Translations under genes and position numbers: made by a program | Shown: positions 26,880-29,341 of the stretch, one piece after another | Position numbering within the stretch: position 1 is the stretch's first letter | Layout of the letters: each line of letters starts with the position of its first letter | Notes under the pieces: model-generated | What the model saw: only the letters and a program-made list of their open reading frames with translations | Told to the model about the DNA's origin: nothing | Databases searched by the model: none | NCBI GenBank assembly: GCA_913020725.1 | Contig: CAJWCD010000028.1 | Span: forward strand, 1 to 29,341 | DNA length: 29,341 nucleotides | Direction: 5' to 3' | DNA from: an uncultured Pseudomonadota bacterium | GTDB taxonomy: Bacteria > SAR324 > NAC60-12

Positions 26880-27995
26880 ATGACCTCACGAGACCTCGAC
26901 ATTCACAGCATCGAAACCTTCAGCAACCAAACCATCGGGCTGGTGCGGGTTCGCACCCGCGATGGCTCCGAGGGCTGGGGGCAGGTTTCGCCCTACAACG
27001 CTGACATCACCGCGCTGGTCGTGCATCGCCAGATTGCTCCGTATGCGCTTGGTCAAGATGCGCTGGGCCTCGGCCACCTTGTCGCAGAAATCCCGGAGCA
27101 CGAACACAAGTTTCCCGGCTCCTACTTGCGGCGGGCGCTTGCCGGATTGGACACCGCACTCTGGGATTTGCACGGCAAGCTGGAAGGCAAGAGCGTCTGT
27201 GAATTGTTGGGTGGCACCCCAAGGCCATTCCGAGTTTATGCCTCCAGCATGAAACGAGAAATCACTCCGGAAGCGGAAGCAGAACGCTTTGTACGCTTGC
27301 GGGATGAGTTTGGTTACGATGCCTTTAAGTTCCGGGTGGGCAAGGAATGCGGACACGACGAGGACGAGTGGCCCGGACGCACCGAAGCGATTGTGCCTAC
27401 AGTTCGCAAGGCGCTTGGGGATGAGGTCGCCCTGCTCGTCGACGGCAACAGTGCTTACACTCCGGAAAAGGCGATTTCAATCGGTCGGTTGCTGGAAGAC
27501 CACGGTATTTGCCACTTTGAGGAACCGTGCCCGTACTGGGAATTGGAATGGACGAAACAGGTCACGGATGCGCTGAACTTGGATGTCACCGGAGGCGAGC
27601 AGGACTGTGACCTGACAATCTGGCGGCGCATGATCGAAATGCGAGCGGTGAATGTTGTCCAGCCGGATGTGTGCTACCTCGGCGGCATCACGCGCACCCT
27701 CAAGGTCGCGGAAATGGCACAACAAGCCGGACTGCCCTGCACCCCGCACTCGGCCAACCTTTCGCTGGTGACGGTTTTTACACTGCACCTGATGGGCGCC
27801 TTAAAAAACGCTGGACCTTATGTTGAATTCTCCATTGAGGGCGCGGATTATTACCCGTGGCAATACGGCATTTACGAACCTGCATTGGTCGCAGCGGATG
27901 GCAAGGTGCAGATTCCGGAGGCTCCCGGTTGGGGCATCGAAATCAATCCGGATTTTCTGGAGCAAACTCAACATCAGATCAGCGCCTTGGATTGA
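26880..27995 (+). CDS. Mandelate racemase/muconate lactonizing enzyme family protein
   Basis: DTALWDL, AFKFRVG (KxR), VDGN/FEEP/GGEQ metal ligands, QPD, TPH and PGWGIE. Confidence 0.92.
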   Translation: MTSRDLDIHSIETFSNQTIGLVRVRTRDGSEGWGQVSPYNADITALVVHRQIAPYALGQDALGLGHLVAEIPEHEHKFPGSYLRRALAGLDTALWDLHGKLEGKSVCELLGGTPRPFRVYASSMKREITPEAEAERFVRLRDEFGYDAFKFRVGKECGHDEDEWPGRTEAIVPTVRKALGDEVALLVDGNSAYTPEKAISIGRLLEDHGICHFEEPCPYWELEWTKQVTDALNLDVTGGEQDCDLTIWRRMIEMRAVNVVQPDVCYLGGITRTLKVAEMAQQAGLPCTPHSANLSLVTVFTLHLMGALKNAGPYVEFSIEGADYYPWQYGIYEPALVAADGKVQIPEAPGWGIEINPDFLEQTQHQISALD

Positions 27996-28004
27996 GGAAA
28001 CTTC

Positions 28005-29204
28005 ATGAAAATCAAGGATCTGAAAACTTTCGTCGTCGGCAATCCTCCACCGCATCATGGTGGACGCTATTTCGTTTTCCTCAAGCTCGTCACGGACGAT
28101 GGCATTGAAGGCGTGGGCGAAGTCTATTGCGCCACTTTCGGACCGCACACGATGGCGAAAATGATCGAGGACGTGTTTCAACAACACGTCGAGGGCATGG
28201 ACCCGTTCCAGATCGAAACACTTTGGCGGCAGGTTTACGGACGCGGCTACACGTTGCGTCCGGATGTTTCGCTGATGGGGGTGCTGAGCGGGCTGGAAAT
28301 CGCGCTCTGGGACATCTGCGGAAAGTCTGTCGGCAAGCCGATTTACGAATTGCTCGGCGGGCGTGTTCACGAAGGCTTACGCACCTACACTTACCTCTAC
28401 CCGCAAGCCGGGGCCGTGTCTGACGATGGCCCGAACGTGTACAACGATCCGGACCTTGCCGCCGAAGCTGCCACCGCATGTGTGGCACAGGGTTTCACGG
28501 GGGTCAAATTTGATCCAACGGGACCGTACTCGGCCTTCGATCCGCGTCAGCCCTCGCTGGAATCGCTGGAGCGCTCGGAGTTGTTTTGCAAGCGACTCCG
28601 GGAGGCGGTTGGTTCGAGGGCAGATTTGCTCTTCGGAACCCACGGGCAGTTCACTCCTTCCGGTGCGATTCGGCTGGCACGGCGGCTGGAAGCTTACGAC
28701 CCGCTTTGGTTTGAGGAACCCACGCCTCCGGAACGTCCGGAGGCGATGGCCAAGGTCGCCCGCCAGACACGCATCCCGATTGCAACCGGAGAACGGCTGA
28801 CCACCAAATACGAATTCGCCCGTGTGCTGGAAACCGGAGCCGCGTCCATCCTGCAAATGGCGCTGGGACGTGTCGGTGGTATTCTGGAAGCCAAGAAAAT
28901 CGCAGGCATGGCCGAGGCGTTTTACGCTCAAATCGCCCCACATCTTTACTGCGGCCCCGTCGAAGGCGCGGCGAATCTCCACATCAGCGCCTGCTCTCCG
29001 AACTTCCTGATTCTGGAAAGCATCCAACGCTGGGAGGGCTTCCACGCCCAAATCCTCAAAACGCCGATCCGCTGGGATTCTGGATATGTGATTCCCCCCA
29101 CCGAGCCCGGACTCGGCATCGAACTTGACGAGGACGTCGCCCGTGCCCATCCCTACACCGGAACCGCCTTGCATCTCGAAATGGCCGACACGCCCATTCC
29201 GTGA
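28005..29204 (+). CDS. Enolase-superfamily protein (DgoD/mandelate racemase subgroup), atypical active site
   Basis: EIALWDI.GK, VKFDP, FGTHGQ, WFEEP, ATGERL, APH and PGLGIE. Confidence 0.92.
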   Translation: MKIKDLKTFVVGNPPPHHGGRYFVFLKLVTDDGIEGVGEVYCATFGPHTMAKMIEDVFQQHVEGMDPFQIETLWRQVYGRGYTLRPDVSLMGVLSGLEIALWDICGKSVGKPIYELLGGRVHEGLRTYTYLYPQAGAVSDDGPNVYNDPDLAAEAATACVAQGFTGVKFDPTGPYSAFDPRQPSLESLERSELFCKRLREAVGSRADLLFGTHGQFTPSGAIRLARRLEAYDPLWFEEPTPPERPEAMAKVARQTRIPIATGERLTTKYEFARVLETGAASILQMALGRVGGILEAKKIAGMAEAFYAQIAPHLYCGPVEGAANLHISACSPNFLILESIQRWEGFHAQILKTPIRWDSGYVIPPTEPGLGIELDEDVARAHPYTGTALHLEMADTPIP

Positions 29205-29213
29205 AAATTTTTT

Positions 29214-29341
29214 GGTAGTGGCATATAATGAAATGATATCCTCTTGAGGTGATGTCTCAACCTTCCAAAGGAGATTAGCGATGATCCGGACCAGCCAAGT
29301 TCATCACTGCCGCGCTTGCGGCAGCACACACATCGTCAAGA
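29214..29341 (+). mobile_element. Left end of an IS1-family-like element (truncated by the window)
   Basis: Begins GGTAGTG after an AT-rich target (AAAATTTTTT); RBS AAGGAG precedes a zinc-ribbon ORF. Confidence 0.7.
29281..29341 (+). CDS. InsA-like transposase N-terminus (partial)
   Basis: MIRTSQVHHCRACGSTHIVK, matching the CxxCGSxxIVK(NG) zinc ribbon of IS1-type transposases. Confidence 0.7.
   Translation, partial: MIRTSQVHHCRACGSTHIVK

Noticed and set aside
1..29341. Whole window as a composite transposon or genomic island
   Set aside because: The two ends belong to different IS families and the interior holds housekeeping genes; more likely an assembly broken at repeats.
1..29341. tRNA, rRNA, CRISPR array, prophage or defence system
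   Set aside because: No cloverleaf, spaced repeats, or phage/defence protein motifs were found by eye.

Overview
GC-rich bacterial chromosomal segment; the gene content would fit a marine deltaproteobacterium-like organism such as SAR324, but that is inference only. Both ends of the window lie inside insertion sequences. On the left is the 3' end and right terminal repeat of an IS3-family-like element that has interrupted an amino-acid ABC ATPase gene. On the right is the left end and InsA start of an IS1-family-like element. Between them, in order: an NADP-dependent oxidoreductase, a cyclase-family hydrolase and a haloalkane dehalogenase; a MocD-like desaturase; an IHF-alpha-like gene and a HAD phosphatase; a TPP riboswitch with thiB-thiP but no thiQ; an acidic orphan protein and a P-loop kinase; a short PuuD-like membrane protein followed by a separate cytochrome c lipoprotein; aat, a SPOR protein, a CPBP protease and a DegT aminotransferase; a sulfatase C-terminal remnant missed by the ORF track; a minus-strand run of mmsA, a solitary nuoN, a type IV pilin, a TPR lipoprotein and a FlgT-N protein; and a plus-strand catabolic cluster (TIM-barrel orphan, family III CoA-transferase, SDR, trimethyllysine-dioxygenase-like enzyme, Zn-ADH, two enolase-superfamily enzymes). 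The best candidates for undescribed systems are the TMLD-like/Zn-ADH/double-enolase operon (possible betaine or methylated amino acid catabolism), the split PuuD-cytochrome c pair, and the pilin-lipoprotein-FlgT-N envelope module. No rRNA, tRNA or CRISPR array was seen.
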